From a virus (lineage: Duplodnaviria; Caudoviricetes): a DNA stretch of 64,000 nt. The number at the start of each line of letters is the position of its first letter. Positions within the stretch are counted from its first letter, which is position 1. Location of the stretch: IMG/VR virus record IMGVR_UViG_3300037067_021941, positions 29,135 through 93,134 of that record; one strand, given 5' to 3'. Position numbers and translations under genes: made by a program. Below are positions 10,475 to 20,728 of this stretch, piece after piece. The notes beneath the pieces were generated by a model. It saw nothing but the letters and a program-made list of their open reading frames with translations. It had not been told where the DNA came from and made no database searches.

Positions 10475-11743
10475 GCCGCGAGGCCCAAATATCCAGCCTT
10501 GTCGTTTACCCCATTGTATCCAGTCTCTAGTTATCAAGAAATAACTAGAAAAGCCCTTATCAATAAATCGGTTTAACTCTATCTCTGCTTGTTCTGCGTA
10601 CGTGACATCACGCCCATCACATGACCATTTTGTTGTATCTTTGTCCCAGCCACGTAAATGAAGCTGTTCATTGACTATAGCACGCAACACATCATTGGCA
10701 TTTGTTCCAGGTTCTATAACCGACCAATTTGGAATTTTGGGTGACGTATCTGGCATAAGTTTATCACATCGTTCTGCAATTAACAGCGTATTATCGCACA
10801 TTTCTTCAAATTTGACGTCGTCTATTCCGTTAGAATAATCACCATTCTTGAATGTCGTCCAAAGCTCTGCTCGCGATTTGAAAAACTGCTCATCGCCCTG
10901 TGATGCGAACATTTTAGTATCATGAATATTGGTTTTCTGATCGACCGCCATCATGATCTTCTGCAGATATGCGTCTTCACGTGTCAGATAATGAGCGTCA
11001 TTTGTAAGCACTAATCTAACACCATACTTATCAGCAAGTTCAATAAGTTGGTGAAAAACAGCGACGTCATGTAACTCAGCGATGCACGGCATCTGCACTT
11101 CGATAAAGAAATCTTCACCAAACACTCCCTTGAATTCTTTTAAATATTCAATTGCCGTCTTGTCGGCTCTACTACGCGGATATTTCTTTCCATCTTTAAT
11201 ATTATTTTCAATGTCTAGCCGCAGTTCATATGATAACGGACCATTAACACACCCAGATAAAACAATTAATCCTTCTTTGAGTTCGCATAATCTTTCAAAC
11301 CAAATACGAGGTTTGCCAATATATGAGTGTTCCCAAGCCAACGTTGTTAATTTAATCAGGTTAGAAACACCGGTAGAGTTCTTTGCTAAAACGGTTAAGT
11401 GCCGATTACGCATAATACGCTGTTTAAGACTATCAGGTAATAAATCACGTTTTTTTCCTGATTCTTCAATTTTCTTACGCAAAGTCTCATAGGCATTGAA
11501 ATATATCTCAGAACCACTTATATACTTCAAACCTCGTTTCTTGAAAGCAAAATGCATATCTGGAAAAGATGCCATGTGGCCATGCTCTGTAGCGGCCATG
11601 GCTGGAAAGCCAAGCTTCGCACAGGCGTCTGCATATTGTTCTGCTGATGGTACTCCGTCTAAAGAGCTGAATAAAGAATGCACATGTAAATGCGCAAATT
11701 CTTTGGGACCATTATACTGAGATGGTTCAATTTCTTCCAACAT
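10145..11743 (-). CDS. dnaE: DnaE fragment 1: PHP domain + start of palm fused to split-intein N-half (IntN-1)
   Basis: HLHVHS..SLDG, TEHG, HLTVLAKN, NDAHY, GFSSYFL and GPRG, then CTIPDSLI...ITADH. Cys1 at 10472-10474. Confidence 0.93.
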   Translation of the reverse strand: MLEEIEPSQYNGPKEFAHLHVHSLFSSLDGVPSAEQYADACAKLGFPAMAATEHGHMASFPDMHFAFKKRGLKYISGSEIYFNAYETLRKKIEESGKKRDLLPDSLKQRIMRNRHLTVLAKNSTGVSNLIKLTTLAWEHSYIGKPRIWFERLCELKEGLIVLSGCVNGPLSYELRLDIENNIKDGKKYPRSRADKTAIEYLKEFKGVFGEDFFIEVQMPCIAELHDVAVFHQLIELADKYGVRLVLTNDAHYLTREDAYLQKIMMAVDQKTNIHDTKMFASQGDEQFFKSRAELWTTFKNGDYSNGIDDVKFEEMCDNTLLIAERCDKLMPDTSPKIPNWSVIEPGTNANDVLRAIVNEQLHLRGWDKDTTKWSCDGRDVTYAEQAEIELNRFIDKGFSSYFLITRDWIQWGKRQGWIFGPRGCTIPDSLININHYQQKKIEDIQIGDKIQDGFGNEQTVENKFIYDVSEELFVFELDGCMITITADHKLYVIRGGLVMLLPASEIKDTDEIIGSLQDQQATRTHEICQDYL

Positions 11744-11747
11744 ATTC

Positions 11748-11900
11748 TTATTCTTGCGTCCTTAAACAGTCTCCTCGGCAGAATGGGCATAACCATTTAT
11801 CACCAACCAATTGCAAATCGTTCGTGGCCTGATTACATCCTTCACAATCATAAATACGACCTGGAAAGTCGAAATGGTCATGTTCATCTTCACAAGCCAT
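11748..11900 (-). CDS. Small Zn-finger protein
   Basis: CEGC...CPFC. ATG at 11900 with GGAG upstream. Confidence 0.5.
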   Translation of the reverse strand: MACEDEHDHFDFPGRIYDCEGCNQATNDLQLVGDKWLCPFCRGDCLRTQE

Positions 11901-11911
11901 GATATGCTCCG

Positions 11912-12982
11912 TCAAGATGCCGATGCAGCAATAAGACACCCTTCTGCTACAGCAAATAATGGGTCTTTACATCTCTTCACTTTATTGACTTCAAAAGGCA
12001 TCTTCTCTTCTTTAAATAGTTGTGATACCATCTCTTCAAAACCGGCTGGACATGATGTTCCACCAGCCATGAATACGTCAATGGGCTTATCTATACGAGC
12101 ATTTGTTTCGTTATCAATAAACCCTTGCACAATGCCACGTATTACGTTTTGAATCAAAATGCGATAATGTAAAATAATATCAAGTTCAAGTCGTGTTGTG
12201 TAAGCCTGCGTCAAATCGATTTTCTCTTTCATCCTGCATACTGTAGTCGGCGTCTCTGCCGATTTCTTACGCAGTACTTCAGTGTCATATCCATGCCGCT
12301 TTGCGACTTCGGTATCAATCCAATCGCCAGCACCAACCCAGCTAAATGAATAAATCTCATTTCCCCAAAGAACATAACTGACAGTGACAGTGCCAGCACC
12401 CCAAGAAATACCGATACCAGTAGCATCAGGTGTCTCTTTAAGCACTAATGCATGCGATTCTTTTATGGAAGAAGTTTTAATACTCGATATGGTTTGATAC
12501 CCAGAAATAATCAAATTTAAAACTTGCTGATGGTAATCAATGTTACTCGGTCGATTCAACGCTTTAGCTGTAGTACAATAACATAGTTTGATTTCCGGTT
12601 CAAACTCACCAGCATCATGTTCAGCCATAGATAGCAAACCCTGCACAATGCTAGATAACACCATAAGAGCCGCTTCATCAGGGGCTACACCACCCTCAGC
12701 CATTGGACGCAGTAATGTGTCATTATGTGCGTAAGCTAATTCTTCCGCGTCCTTGCCCAACACATAAATGCCGTCCTGGTTATCCAGGCGAATCCATTTT
12801 GCTGGCCGCTTAGTCCCATCAGACCGCATTTTATTTGGGTCATCAAGCATATTCTCTATGAATTTGCTTGGACGAGGAATCAAATAGTAACCATTGATTT
12901 CCCTGAGAAACACCGTTTTCTTATTGTGATAGAACGAAACAACTATGTTTTTCGTCCCAATGTCGATACCAATCGCATTCAT
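11912..12982 (-). CDS. Actin-like ATPase (MreB/ParM/MamK superfamily)
   Basis: Phosphate-1 IGIDIGTKN, connect ESHA, phosphate-2 GISWGAGT, AGDWID, adenosine MAGGTS, PLFAVAEG. AGGAGAG RBS before ATG 12982. Confidence 0.85.
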   Translation of the reverse strand: MNAIGIDIGTKNIVVSFYHNKKTVFLREINGYYLIPRPSKFIENMLDDPNKMRSDGTKRPAKWIRLDNQDGIYVLGKDAEELAYAHNDTLLRPMAEGGVAPDEAALMVLSSIVQGLLSMAEHDAGEFEPEIKLCYCTTAKALNRPSNIDYHQQVLNLIISGYQTISSIKTSSIKESHALVLKETPDATGIGISWGAGTVTVSYVLWGNEIYSFSWVGAGDWIDTEVAKRHGYDTEVLRKKSAETPTTVCRMKEKIDLTQAYTTRLELDIILHYRILIQNVIRGIVQGFIDNETNARIDKPIDVFMAGGTSCPAGFEEMVSQLFKEEKMPFEVNKVKRCKDPLFAVAEGCLIAASAS

Positions 12983-13055
12983 AGTTACTCTCCTGATTGT
13001 GCAATCGTCACCCAATCCAAATACTAAAGATGATTGCTCTAATTCTTCGTCAGTA

Positions 13056-13385
13056 TCATCTTTCACGTCTTGTGACAACTTTTGTTCCGAATCCACCTTT
13101 TGGGATTGGCGGTCGTCCAATGGAGGGGGCGAGAAGTTCTGGGGAAATATCTGGCGCGTTGAAAAATGGAGTGGCCATGGGCTGCTGGGGGGCATTAACA
13201 ACTCGCGTTGTAATTCCTTGCTCTCCGGAATATGATCCGGTGGTAGCTTGCGTAATCGGTTTTTCCACGTTGCGATTAACAAGTGTATTCCTTATAAATT
13301 CTCTCAACACCACCAACACGAGTCCAAATGACACTAAAGAAATTATTAAGGCTACAATCGCGATTGCTAACGCTATTATGTCCAT
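13056..13385 (-). CDS. Small protein with N-terminal transmembrane helix and Pro-rich tail
   Basis: About 25 hydrophobic N-terminal residues. Lies immediately upstream of the actin-like gene. Confidence 0.6.
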   Translation of the reverse strand: MDIIALAIAIVALIISLVSFGLVLVVLREFIRNTLVNRNVEKPITQATTGSYSGEQGITTRVVNAPQQPMATPFFNAPDISPELLAPSIGRPPIPKGGFGTKVVTRRER

Positions 13386-13390
13386 AATAA

Positions 13391-14896
13391 TTACTCTGAC
13401 AGCTCGGTATTCTTTATGCCGCCCATGTACTCATACCGCAACAAAGAAATATTCCATTTCTTTAACGACTCCAATAACATATCATATCCCCTGTTAATGC
13501 GATTGATGTAATTTTCAGTATCTTTGTTGTCAGGCCAATATTTTCCCTTATTATATTGTGGAACTAATGTGGTGTGGCTACGACCATCTGGAGAAAGCTT
13601 CGCATCACAACCAAATAAAGAGATTGATTTTGCACCGAGAAATGCAGCTATGTGTATGGCCGTGTGGACTGTCGAAGCATGATGAAAGAATGGCTGATCT
13701 TTATTATTGAGACAAGAATTGCTATCTTGCGGCCCTAAATCAAAAGTTATACAATCAGAAAATTTTGCTGATGGTTCTATAGACGTTTTACCAGCACCAA
13801 TTTTCAGTTTCTTTGGTATAAGTAGTTGACTCGAAAGATAACGCTTAGCATCGATTACAGCTTCTGCCGGTTTTAAATCATGGAACACAACATAATCACA
13901 ATTGAATATCAAGGAGTTGTAATTCACACCAATCACAATATCGAAATCATCTAATATACCGTTCGTAACATGATCTAACGATGGACCAGCACCTAATATA
14001 GCAATGCGTGCGTTTGCGTGCTTATTTTTCAATAATTCTATTCCATGTAAATCTGGTAAGAAATTATCTAAAAACCATTGAAAAGGTCTTTTTTGAATTC
14101 GATCACGTATAGCGATTCGTTCTGAAATATCCCCAAATTTAATATCTCCCGGCTTCTTCCTGATAGATTGATAAAATAACTTTTTATAATCATCAAACCA
14201 AACTTCCGCTATTCTTGCTTTATTTGCTTCTAGCGTGGTCGTATCGAATTCATAATTAAACTTGTTTTTGAACCAGTGTGCAACCACAGAATCACGAACT
14301 ATCTCAACAGTTCCACCAGCTAACCATGTCCGAAGTGAAAATTCGATATTTTCACATCCCCATTTATACATCCCAGTATCAAAACCGCCAATCTCGTTCC
14401 ACCATTGTTTGGTAAATGCAAAACAATGACCGGCTAAAGCTGGTGTCATATCAGATCCATCATCTGATATCCAATTAAAATCAAGATTCCAGCGCCAACC
14501 AGTTTTGGCATAAGCCGATGTTGTTTCCATCCAAGTAGGTGCATCAAGCCCTCTTGTAAGCGGTACAGCGACACAGTTATATCGCTCTCCTAAGCGTTTA
14601 ACAATAGGTAATAGCCAATCAGATGCCACTTTAATGTGTGGGTCCATTGATACTATCACAGGAGATTTCACAGCTTCGGCAGCAATATTCCGTGATCTAA
14701 TTAGTCCTTCTCGCATATTATTTCGAATAATTCTAACTTTAGGTCTATCTATCACAATAGGAATTTTACTACAATCGTCAACTATGATAAATTCATCAAT
14801 GAGGCCCGGCATCGTTTTTTCTATGATTGTATCTATTGTTTTCTCGATATATTCCTCGTTTAGTGCAGACATAATAATTGTCGCTGTCAGCATCAA
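13391..14896 (-). CDS. Polypeptide GalNAc-transferase-like (GT27/GT-A) domain fused to a Maf/DUF115-like domain
   Basis: REGLIRSR, DPH (DxH), TPALAG, GFDTGMYKWGCENIEFSLRTWLAGG, VAHWFK, NKARIAEVWFDDYK, GDISER, FQWFLDN. C-terminal ILGAGPSL...STVHTAIHIAAFLGAKSISLFGCD. Confidence 0.85.
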   Translation of the reverse strand: MMLTATIIMSALNEEYIEKTIDTIIEKTMPGLIDEFIIVDDCSKIPIVIDRPKVRIIRNNMREGLIRSRNIAAEAVKSPVIVSMDPHIKVASDWLLPIVKRLGERYNCVAVPLTRGLDAPTWMETTSAYAKTGWRWNLDFNWISDDGSDMTPALAGHCFAFTKQWWNEIGGFDTGMYKWGCENIEFSLRTWLAGGTVEIVRDSVVAHWFKNKFNYEFDTTTLEANKARIAEVWFDDYKKLFYQSIRKKPGDIKFGDISERIAIRDRIQKRPFQWFLDNFLPDLHGIELLKNKHANARIAILGAGPSLDHVTNGILDDFDIVIGVNYNSLIFNCDYVVFHDLKPAEAVIDAKRYLSSQLLIPKKLKIGAGKTSIEPSAKFSDCITFDLGPQDSNSCLNNKDQPFFHHASTVHTAIHIAAFLGAKSISLFGCDAKLSPDGRSHTTLVPQYNKGKYWPDNKDTENYINRINRGYDMLLESLKKWNISLLRYEYMGGIKNTELSE

Positions 14897-14902
14897 TATC
14901 TC

Positions 14903-15544
14903 CTAAATGCAAAGTGTTGTATGGCCAACATTTTCAAATTGAATACCCCGTTTTTTCAATTCATTAATTACCGCACTCATTACTGTGCGTTGGCTATCAG
15001 AAATAGTTCCAGGCTTCGATGTATGGTAAAAATAATGCTTACCAATACTATTAAATCCACAGCCGTATAATACGATCTTAGTTGCGCCCATAACATAAGC
15101 TAGTTGTACAGCACAGCAACTTATTGTGCCACCAAACATCAAATAATTCATGTCCGGTTTAAGTCTGTCTGATTTATACCATTTATACATAAAAGTTAAA
15201 TGTGGCTCTATGGGTAATGGTAAGACGATATTATTTTGCTTCGCAGTAACAACCGCTGCCCGCGTTATGGTTGGAAACAAAACATCTGGATACAAGATTT
15301 TATCTGGTGCAGCAGTTAATTTAGCTATGACTCTAATTTTTGAACAGTCAATACTAAACCAATCATATGTCGATGATCTAACATCACCACATATAAAATA
15401 GTCGAACTTCTTACCTAATTTAGCAGCACCATTAACACCTATTGAAATATCACACTTACTCTTGATAAATTCGACCGCTGTTGGCCCAGAACCAACTATA
15501 GCAATCGTGGCACCCTTGTGAATGTTGTGAAGCGATTTAATCAT
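14903..15544 (-). CDS. Maf/DUF115-like (sialyltransferase-like fold) glycosyltransferase
   Basis: IAIVGSGPT, IGVN, TISCCAVQLAYVMGATKIVLYGC, HYFY. Confidence 0.7.
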   Translation of the reverse strand: MIKSLHNIHKGATIAIVGSGPTAVEFIKSKCDISIGVNGAAKLGKKFDYFICGDVRSSTYDWFSIDCSKIRVIAKLTAAPDKILYPDVLFPTITRAAVVTAKQNNIVLPLPIEPHLTFMYKWYKSDRLKPDMNYLMFGGTISCCAVQLAYVMGATKIVLYGCGFNSIGKHYFYHTSKPGTISDSQRTVMSAVINELKKRGIQFENVGHTTLCI

Positions 15545-15562
15545 ATCTCTAAGAATACAGCG

Positions 15563-18346
15563 CTATGCACACGCAATAATGATATCCGCACCACTACCAT
15601 CAGGTACTGATCCATTTCGCGAATCTTTAGTTATACTTCCAATCGATATAAAAGTACCAGACGGTATAGTCATGCCATTAACAGTTATATTACCTGTACC
15701 AATGTTATATATTGTGACATTAGTCGTAGTTGGATCGCCACTGTCGCATCCAGATGCACCTACCGCGCTAAACCTATTATACCAAAATTGGAAAGTATTG
15801 CCAGTACTATATGAACCAGTTATTATCTCTGGTGGAACAACGCCAGCACATCCAACGTGCGCATCAGTATTCAGTGTAAGACCACCAGTGCTCGAATTGC
15901 CATAATAACACACAGCAGTACCACATTTGCCATACAAATCAAAATCAGTATTCGTAGACCAATTTAGCTCGGCTGTAATGGTATAAGCGCAAGCACCCGT
16001 AGCACCCGTAGCACCCGTAGCACCTGTGGCACCTGTGGCACCCGTAGCACCCGTAGCACCCGTAGCACCCGTAGCACCTGTGGCACCCGTAGCACCCGTA
16101 GCACCCGTAGCACCCGTAGCACCCGTAGCACCCGTAGCACCCGTAGCACCTGGGCGACATCTAGTATACGCAATCCAGCCGTTACCATATTGTGATATCG
16201 GTGTACTACTATCCGGTTCCGGACAATAACAGCCAGTAGTACATGGATTTATGATTTTAGTCCAACTTCCACCACCAGGAGACATATACCATTCACAATT
16301 GCCTGGGCATATTAGTACTCCTGTGGCACCCGTAGCTCCCGTAGCACCTGTGGCACCTGTGGCACCCGTAGCTCCCGTGGCACCTGTGGCACCCGTAGCT
16401 CCCGTGGCACCTGTGGCACCTGTGGCACCTGTGGCACCCGTAGCACCCGTAGCTCCTGTGGCACCTGTGGCTCCTGTGGCACCTGTGGCACCTGTGGCTC
16501 CTGTGGCACCCGTAGCTCCTGGTCGAGTAGTTGCACCAATAGCACAAGCCAATACAGAATAGCCTAAACAACTAATAACACCACCCAAATTGATATCAAT
16601 ACTAAATTGTAATGCAACACCACTCACGCCAGAATATGAGAATGATAGTGATGAACCAATAACGGAATATTTCTTACCACCAGTTATTGTACTGTTGTTA
16701 GTACATGCTGCAGACCATGATACCGAACATGAATTAGCATCTGGATAGTCTGGACATGACTCGCTGCTAATTGATTTTGCTTCTTCACAGATCGAATTAA
16801 ATTGTGTACTAAATGTAATTGTTGCTGTTGTAGAACCACTTTCCGTGTTTGGTACGTTAACAGTTACATCGTAATGCTGTAATGTGCCGTCAACTACACA
16901 ATCGAAACCTTGACATGATGGATTTGCAGACGAATCAGCACCGTATGGTAAATTTATTTCTAGATTAGTATCAAGATAACTAGGACAATCACATGGGCAA
17001 CATAATTCCGTAACTGGCGGCATAATTGGCTCAATAACCAACACTGGACAACTACCAGTAATATCATTTACGTTCGAACAAAAGAAAAAATCTTCCTGAC
17101 AACATCGTTGGCCTGGAAATTGAGGCTCAATAATTGGCCATGGGTAACGTGTATCTCTGTTAGTAGTGGAATTTGCTTGTCTCCAAGCTACTATAGATGC
17201 TGGCGTAAAATCTTTCCAACTGAACTGATTAGATTGATGCTGCGTCCAGCACGCCTCTATTGGTGTCCATTCAACAAACTGCAATTCAGGTATCGTAAAT
17301 TGTTTTTCTGCAAATTGAAATCGCGCAATGCCTTTACAATTATCAGTAGTAGTCCGCACAGATGCAAATGACAAGTCATTAACCGTTTTAAGAATAGTCG
17401 TGTTTGTCGTAGTGCAAACATGTGAAATTGCCAACTTTGATACACAGTTATTTAGAAATAAAGAATCGGAAAAGAAATAAACGCTCGATTTCAAGCTACT
17501 AAAACGCAATGAAATGATTGCTTTGGTAGCTTCAACTGCATCATCTATTAAATTACTTTCTATTACTTCAAAAAAGCCACTACCGTCTATACCTTGTGGC
17601 CCCTTCCGACCAATTTCATTGGCTTTGTAGTACCAATTGTCATCAGACCATTCATTAGATATTAATTCACCAGACAGTTTCGATGTAGTACGATCATAAT
17701 TTAGGAATGAATCAATATTAACATCAAATTCTGAGTAAATTATTATAAAAGGATCACCATTAATCGGCTGTGAAATAGTCAGCGAGCTTTTAATAGAATT
17801 ATTCTTAAATAGTCGTAGTGATATCGGCGTATCGATCGTAGAAGTAACGGTCGCATCAATTGTTAGTCTAGTCCCATTTATTGTTGCAAGATATTTCTGT
17901 TCGGCAGCTCCTGCCGTACCATCAGCTCCTTTATTTCCTTGTTCACCAGTCTTACCTCGTTCCCCTGGACATTTTAACTGCGATAATAGTGATAGTAACC
18001 GTGGTCTGCTTACTTCTATTCTTAAATCATTTGCTGATTCTGGTTCGAACGTGATAGTATGGTTAGAAGATTGAAATAAATAATAATATCCTGCTACATG
18101 TGGATATATTTTAAGAAAATCAAAAGTAAGCCCACCCTGAACGGCATCTGATATAGCGTTTATACGTGTGGTGATACCTGGTGAAACCAATCCATCATTA
18201 GTCTCGGTAACAACAGGTATTGATTTATATACACCGATACAAGACCATGTGTTTAATTTACTATCATATTGCCACTGATCGCCGTTACCATCTAACACGA
18301 TAGTGCCATCTGCAATATCAGTACTGTTTAACGCATGACAATTCAA
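15563..18346 (-). CDS. Cys-rich virion structural/fibre protein with two (GAT)n collagen tracts
   Basis: 927 aa with short collagen segments, [11 protein letters not shown] and long GAT arrays. Paralogue of 18357..20465. Confidence 0.75.
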   Translation of the reverse strand: MNCHALNSTDIADGTIVLDGNGDQWQYDSKLNTWSCIGVYKSIPVVTETNDGLVSPGITTRINAISDAVQGGLTFDFLKIYPHVAGYYYLFQSSNHTITFEPESANDLRIEVSRPRLLSLLSQLKCPGERGKTGEQGNKGADGTAGAAEQKYLATINGTRLTIDATVTSTIDTPISLRLFKNNSIKSSLTISQPINGDPFIIIYSEFDVNIDSFLNYDRTTSKLSGELISNEWSDDNWYYKANEIGRKGPQGIDGSGFFEVIESNLIDDAVEATKAIISLRFSSLKSSVYFFSDSLFLNNCVSKLAISHVCTTTNTTILKTVNDLSFASVRTTTDNCKGIARFQFAEKQFTIPELQFVEWTPIEACWTQHQSNQFSWKDFTPASIVAWRQANSTTNRDTRYPWPIIEPQFPGQRCCQEDFFFCSNVNDITGSCPVLVIEPIMPPVTELCCPCDCPSYLDTNLEINLPYGADSSANPSCQGFDCVVDGTLQHYDVTVNVPNTESGSTTATITFSTQFNSICEEAKSISSESCPDYPDANSCSVSWSAACTNNSTITGGKKYSVIGSSLSFSYSGVSGVALQFSIDINLGGVISCLGYSVLACAIGATTRPGATGATGATGATGATGATGATGATGATGATGATGATGATGATGATGATGATGATGATGATGATGATGVLICPGNCEWYMSPGGGSWTKIINPCTTGCYCPEPDSSTPISQYGNGWIAYTRCRPGATGATGATGATGATGATGATGATGATGATGATGATGATGATGATGATGATGACAYTITAELNWSTNTDFDLYGKCGTAVCYYGNSSTGGLTLNTDAHVGCAGVVPPEIITGSYSTGNTFQFWYNRFSAVGASGCDSGDPTTTNVTIYNIGTGNITVNGMTIPSGTFISIGSITKDSRNGSVPDGSGADIIIACA
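15993..16150 (-). repeat. 9-bp tandem repeat encoding (Gly-Ala-Thr)n
   Basis: gcacccgta/gcacctgtg units on the plus strand. Confidence 0.95.
16320..16520 (-). repeat. 9-bp tandem repeat encoding (Gly-Ala-Thr)n
   Basis: gcacctgtg/gctcctgtg/gcacccgta units. Confidence 0.95.
17867..18218. repeat. 352-bp direct repeat, copy 1 (identical to 19986-20337)
   Basis: Read base by base as identical from tctagtccc to aacaggt, at offset 2119. Confidence 0.9.
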
Positions 18347-18356
18347 CGCTTACTCC

Positions 18357-20465
18357 CTATGACGGCGATGGTGATGGCGATGGTGATGGCGACAATACTG
18401 TTGATGGTGGCGACAATGACAACGAAGGCGATGGCGACGGCGATAACACCGATGGTAAAGGTGAAAGTGAAGGCGATAATGCTGATGCCGATGGTGAAGG
18501 CGACAAACTAAGCGAGGGTGACAATGATGGTGATAACGACAATGAAGGCGACAATGACGGTTCTATCTCTAAGGGTGCCTCTACAGCCCCTGTTGTTCCT
18601 GTATCAGCCGAAGTTGCGCTAGTCGTATTTACAGTAATAGTTAATTTATAACCAAGACAACAATCAAGCTTTAATGTATTGATTTCTGCACTCGTAATAA
18701 TCGTACCAGACGAGCCATTAAAATAAAATGATATGGTTCCAATACCCGATAGATGCTGAGAATTGTCGCCAGATTGCCTAGTCATTGTTGACGTTTGTGC
18801 CGACTGGTCTGTAACCATCCAACTAATCGGGCAATTCTGCTTAGAAACTGCTTCTCGTGGATCAAACGAAAATCCAGGTATTGTGTCTGTTTGTGAATTG
18901 TATAAATCCCTCGACTCATCACAAAGAGAATCATACTCTAGTTTCCAAACGACTGATGTTACTGTTGATGATTCAGTCGACACATTAATAGCGATATTAT
19001 AATAATGAGATTCGCCGTTGATGCTGCAAACGGCAGCTTGTACCGATGTGCTGTTAATGTCGATCACATTTACATCTTCAAATTTATATCCACCCTCAAG
19101 TAAGAATGATATCGGACAATCGCAATCACATCCATAAGATGACGACAATGGCGTCTGCAAGTCATCAATTATACAAACGGGACAAGAGCCAGTTACGTCA
19201 TTTACATTCGAACAAAAGAAAAAATCTTCCTGGCAACACAATTGTCCCGGATTGGATTCTTCAATTATGGACCACGGATAGTCTGGATTAGCGGCAGTGT
19301 TATCATTTGCCTTCTGCCATGGCATCATACTAGAGCCGACTTTTGTAAAATCCATCCACGATAATTTAGTGGCAGCCATATGCCTCTGCCGCAAACACGT
19401 GCTCGTAGGTGTCCATTCACTAAAAATAAGATTTGGTATATCTGCTGTTATCTCTGTAAGACTATACCTAACTATATTCTTACAGCTATCAGTAATAGTC
19501 TGTAAAGCCGCATATGAGTTAGTGAGAGATGTAGTTGTAGTTGAGCATATATGACCGACAGCAAGCTTAGATACACAATTTGTTTTAAATAATTCAGTAC
19601 TGAAATAGTTGATTAGACCAACACCATCACCCTGTCTCAATAATATTATGGCTTTGCTTGATATTAAATCATCACCAACGGTATCTGATACAATTTCTAA
19701 AAAATTGCTACCATCGATTCCGGTAGGACCCTTTCTACCCATTTGCAAAGCTTTATAGTACCAAGACGTTGCCCCCCATTGAGAACTTGTAATTTGACCG
19801 GCCAATCGACCTGCAGAATAATCAAAAAACGTAGAATCAGAATCTATTACAACATCAGATTGTATTATTTCAAATTCAGAGTTGATAATTTCAATCGTAA
19901 TCGTTGAAGTAATGGAATTGCCAGAAAAAACTCTTAATGATATTGGAGTACCCAATGAATTGTCAACAAGAACATTTATCTGTAATCTAGTCCCATTTAT
20001 TGTTGCAAGATATTTCTGTTCGGCAGCTCCTGCCGTACCATCAGCTCCTTTATTTCCTTGTTCACCAGTCTTACCTCGTTCCCCTGGACATTTTAACTGC
20101 GATAATAGTGATAGTAACCGTGGTCTGCTTACTTCTATTCTTAAATCATTTGCTGATTCTGGTTCGAACGTGATAGTATGGTTAGAAGATTGAAATAAAT
20201 AATAATATCCTGCTACATGTGGATATATTTTAAGAAAATCAAAAGTAAGCCCACCCTGAACGGCATCTGATATAGCGTTTATACGTGTGGTGATACCTGG
20301 TGAAACCAATCCATCATTAGTCTCGGTAACAACAGGTGAACTACCAATAGTCCCAACATTTATCCACGAATTTGTTTGTCTGTCATATTGCCATATTGTA
20401 CCATATGTATCGCACACTTCCATACCATCAGTAGCTGTCTTCGGCAGATGTGCAATATTAGCCAT
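18357..20465 (-). CDS. Cys-rich structural protein with Ser/Pro-rich C-terminal tail
   Basis: Paralogue of 15563..18346. Ends in SPSLSLSPS...SPSPSPS. Confidence 0.75.
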   Translation of the reverse strand: MANIAHLPKTATDGMEVCDTYGTIWQYDRQTNSWINVGTIGSSPVVTETNDGLVSPGITTRINAISDAVQGGLTFDFLKIYPHVAGYYYLFQSSNHTITFEPESANDLRIEVSRPRLLSLLSQLKCPGERGKTGEQGNKGADGTAGAAEQKYLATINGTRLQINVLVDNSLGTPISLRVFSGNSITSTITIEIINSEFEIIQSDVVIDSDSTFFDYSAGRLAGQITSSQWGATSWYYKALQMGRKGPTGIDGSNFLEIVSDTVGDDLISSKAIILLRQGDGVGLINYFSTELFKTNCVSKLAVGHICSTTTTSLTNSYAALQTITDSCKNIVRYSLTEITADIPNLIFSEWTPTSTCLRQRHMAATKLSWMDFTKVGSSMMPWQKANDNTAANPDYPWSIIEESNPGQLCCQEDFFFCSNVNDVTGSCPVCIIDDLQTPLSSSYGCDCDCPISFLLEGGYKFEDVNVIDINSTSVQAAVCSINGESHYYNIAINVSTESSTVTSVVWKLEYDSLCDESRDLYNSQTDTIPGFSFDPREAVSKQNCPISWMVTDQSAQTSTMTRQSGDNSQHLSGIGTISFYFNGSSGTIITSAEINTLKLDCCLGYKLTITVNTTSATSADTGTTGAVEAPLEIEPSLSPSLSLSPSLSPSLSLSPSPSASALSPSLSPLPSVLSPSPSPSLSLSPPSTVLSPSPSPSPSPS
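19986..20337. repeat. 352-bp direct repeat, copy 2
   Basis: See copy 1. Confidence 0.9.
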
Positions 20466-20470
20466 ATATT

Positions 20471-20674
20471 TTAATCATCTGATGATATTGCATCCAGTAA
20501 TTCACCTGGATCATAATCTACCAACGGAACGGCATGATCCGTACTGTCTTCGTTTTCTGATTCTGTGGCACAACGCACACACAAAACCGTATCTGGAACA
20601 GCCTTTAAACGCTCCTTAGGTATCTTTCGCCCGCACTGTTCACAGATAATAATAATTTGTTCTATTTTTTCCAT
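20471..20674 (-). CDS. TraR/DksA C4-type zinc-finger protein
   Basis: CEQCGRKIPKERLKAVPDTVLCVRC. GGAGG RBS. Confidence 0.85.
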   Translation of the reverse strand: MEKIEQIIIICEQCGRKIPKERLKAVPDTVLCVRCATESENEDSTDHAVPLVDYDPGELLDAISSDD

Positions 20675-20728
20675 TTCGCATTACCTCCTAATACATACTT
20701 ACATTTACACATAAGAAAATATAAATAC

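Noticed and set aside
3681-11743. dnaE pseudogene, or stop-codon reassignment explaining the fragments
   Set aside because: Two of the three breaks coincide exactly with intein halves, catalytic motifs are intact, the fragments have their own starts, and other genes are full length in code 11.
12983-13282. N-terminal 100-aa extension of the actin-like ORF
   Set aside because: It overlaps the upstream TM-protein gene, and a strong RBS plus the phosphate-1 motif place the start at 12982.
17867-20337. Diversity-generating retroelement TR/VR pair
   Set aside because: The copies are identical (no adenine-specific mismatches), both lie in N-terminal coding regions, and no reverse transcriptase is in the window.
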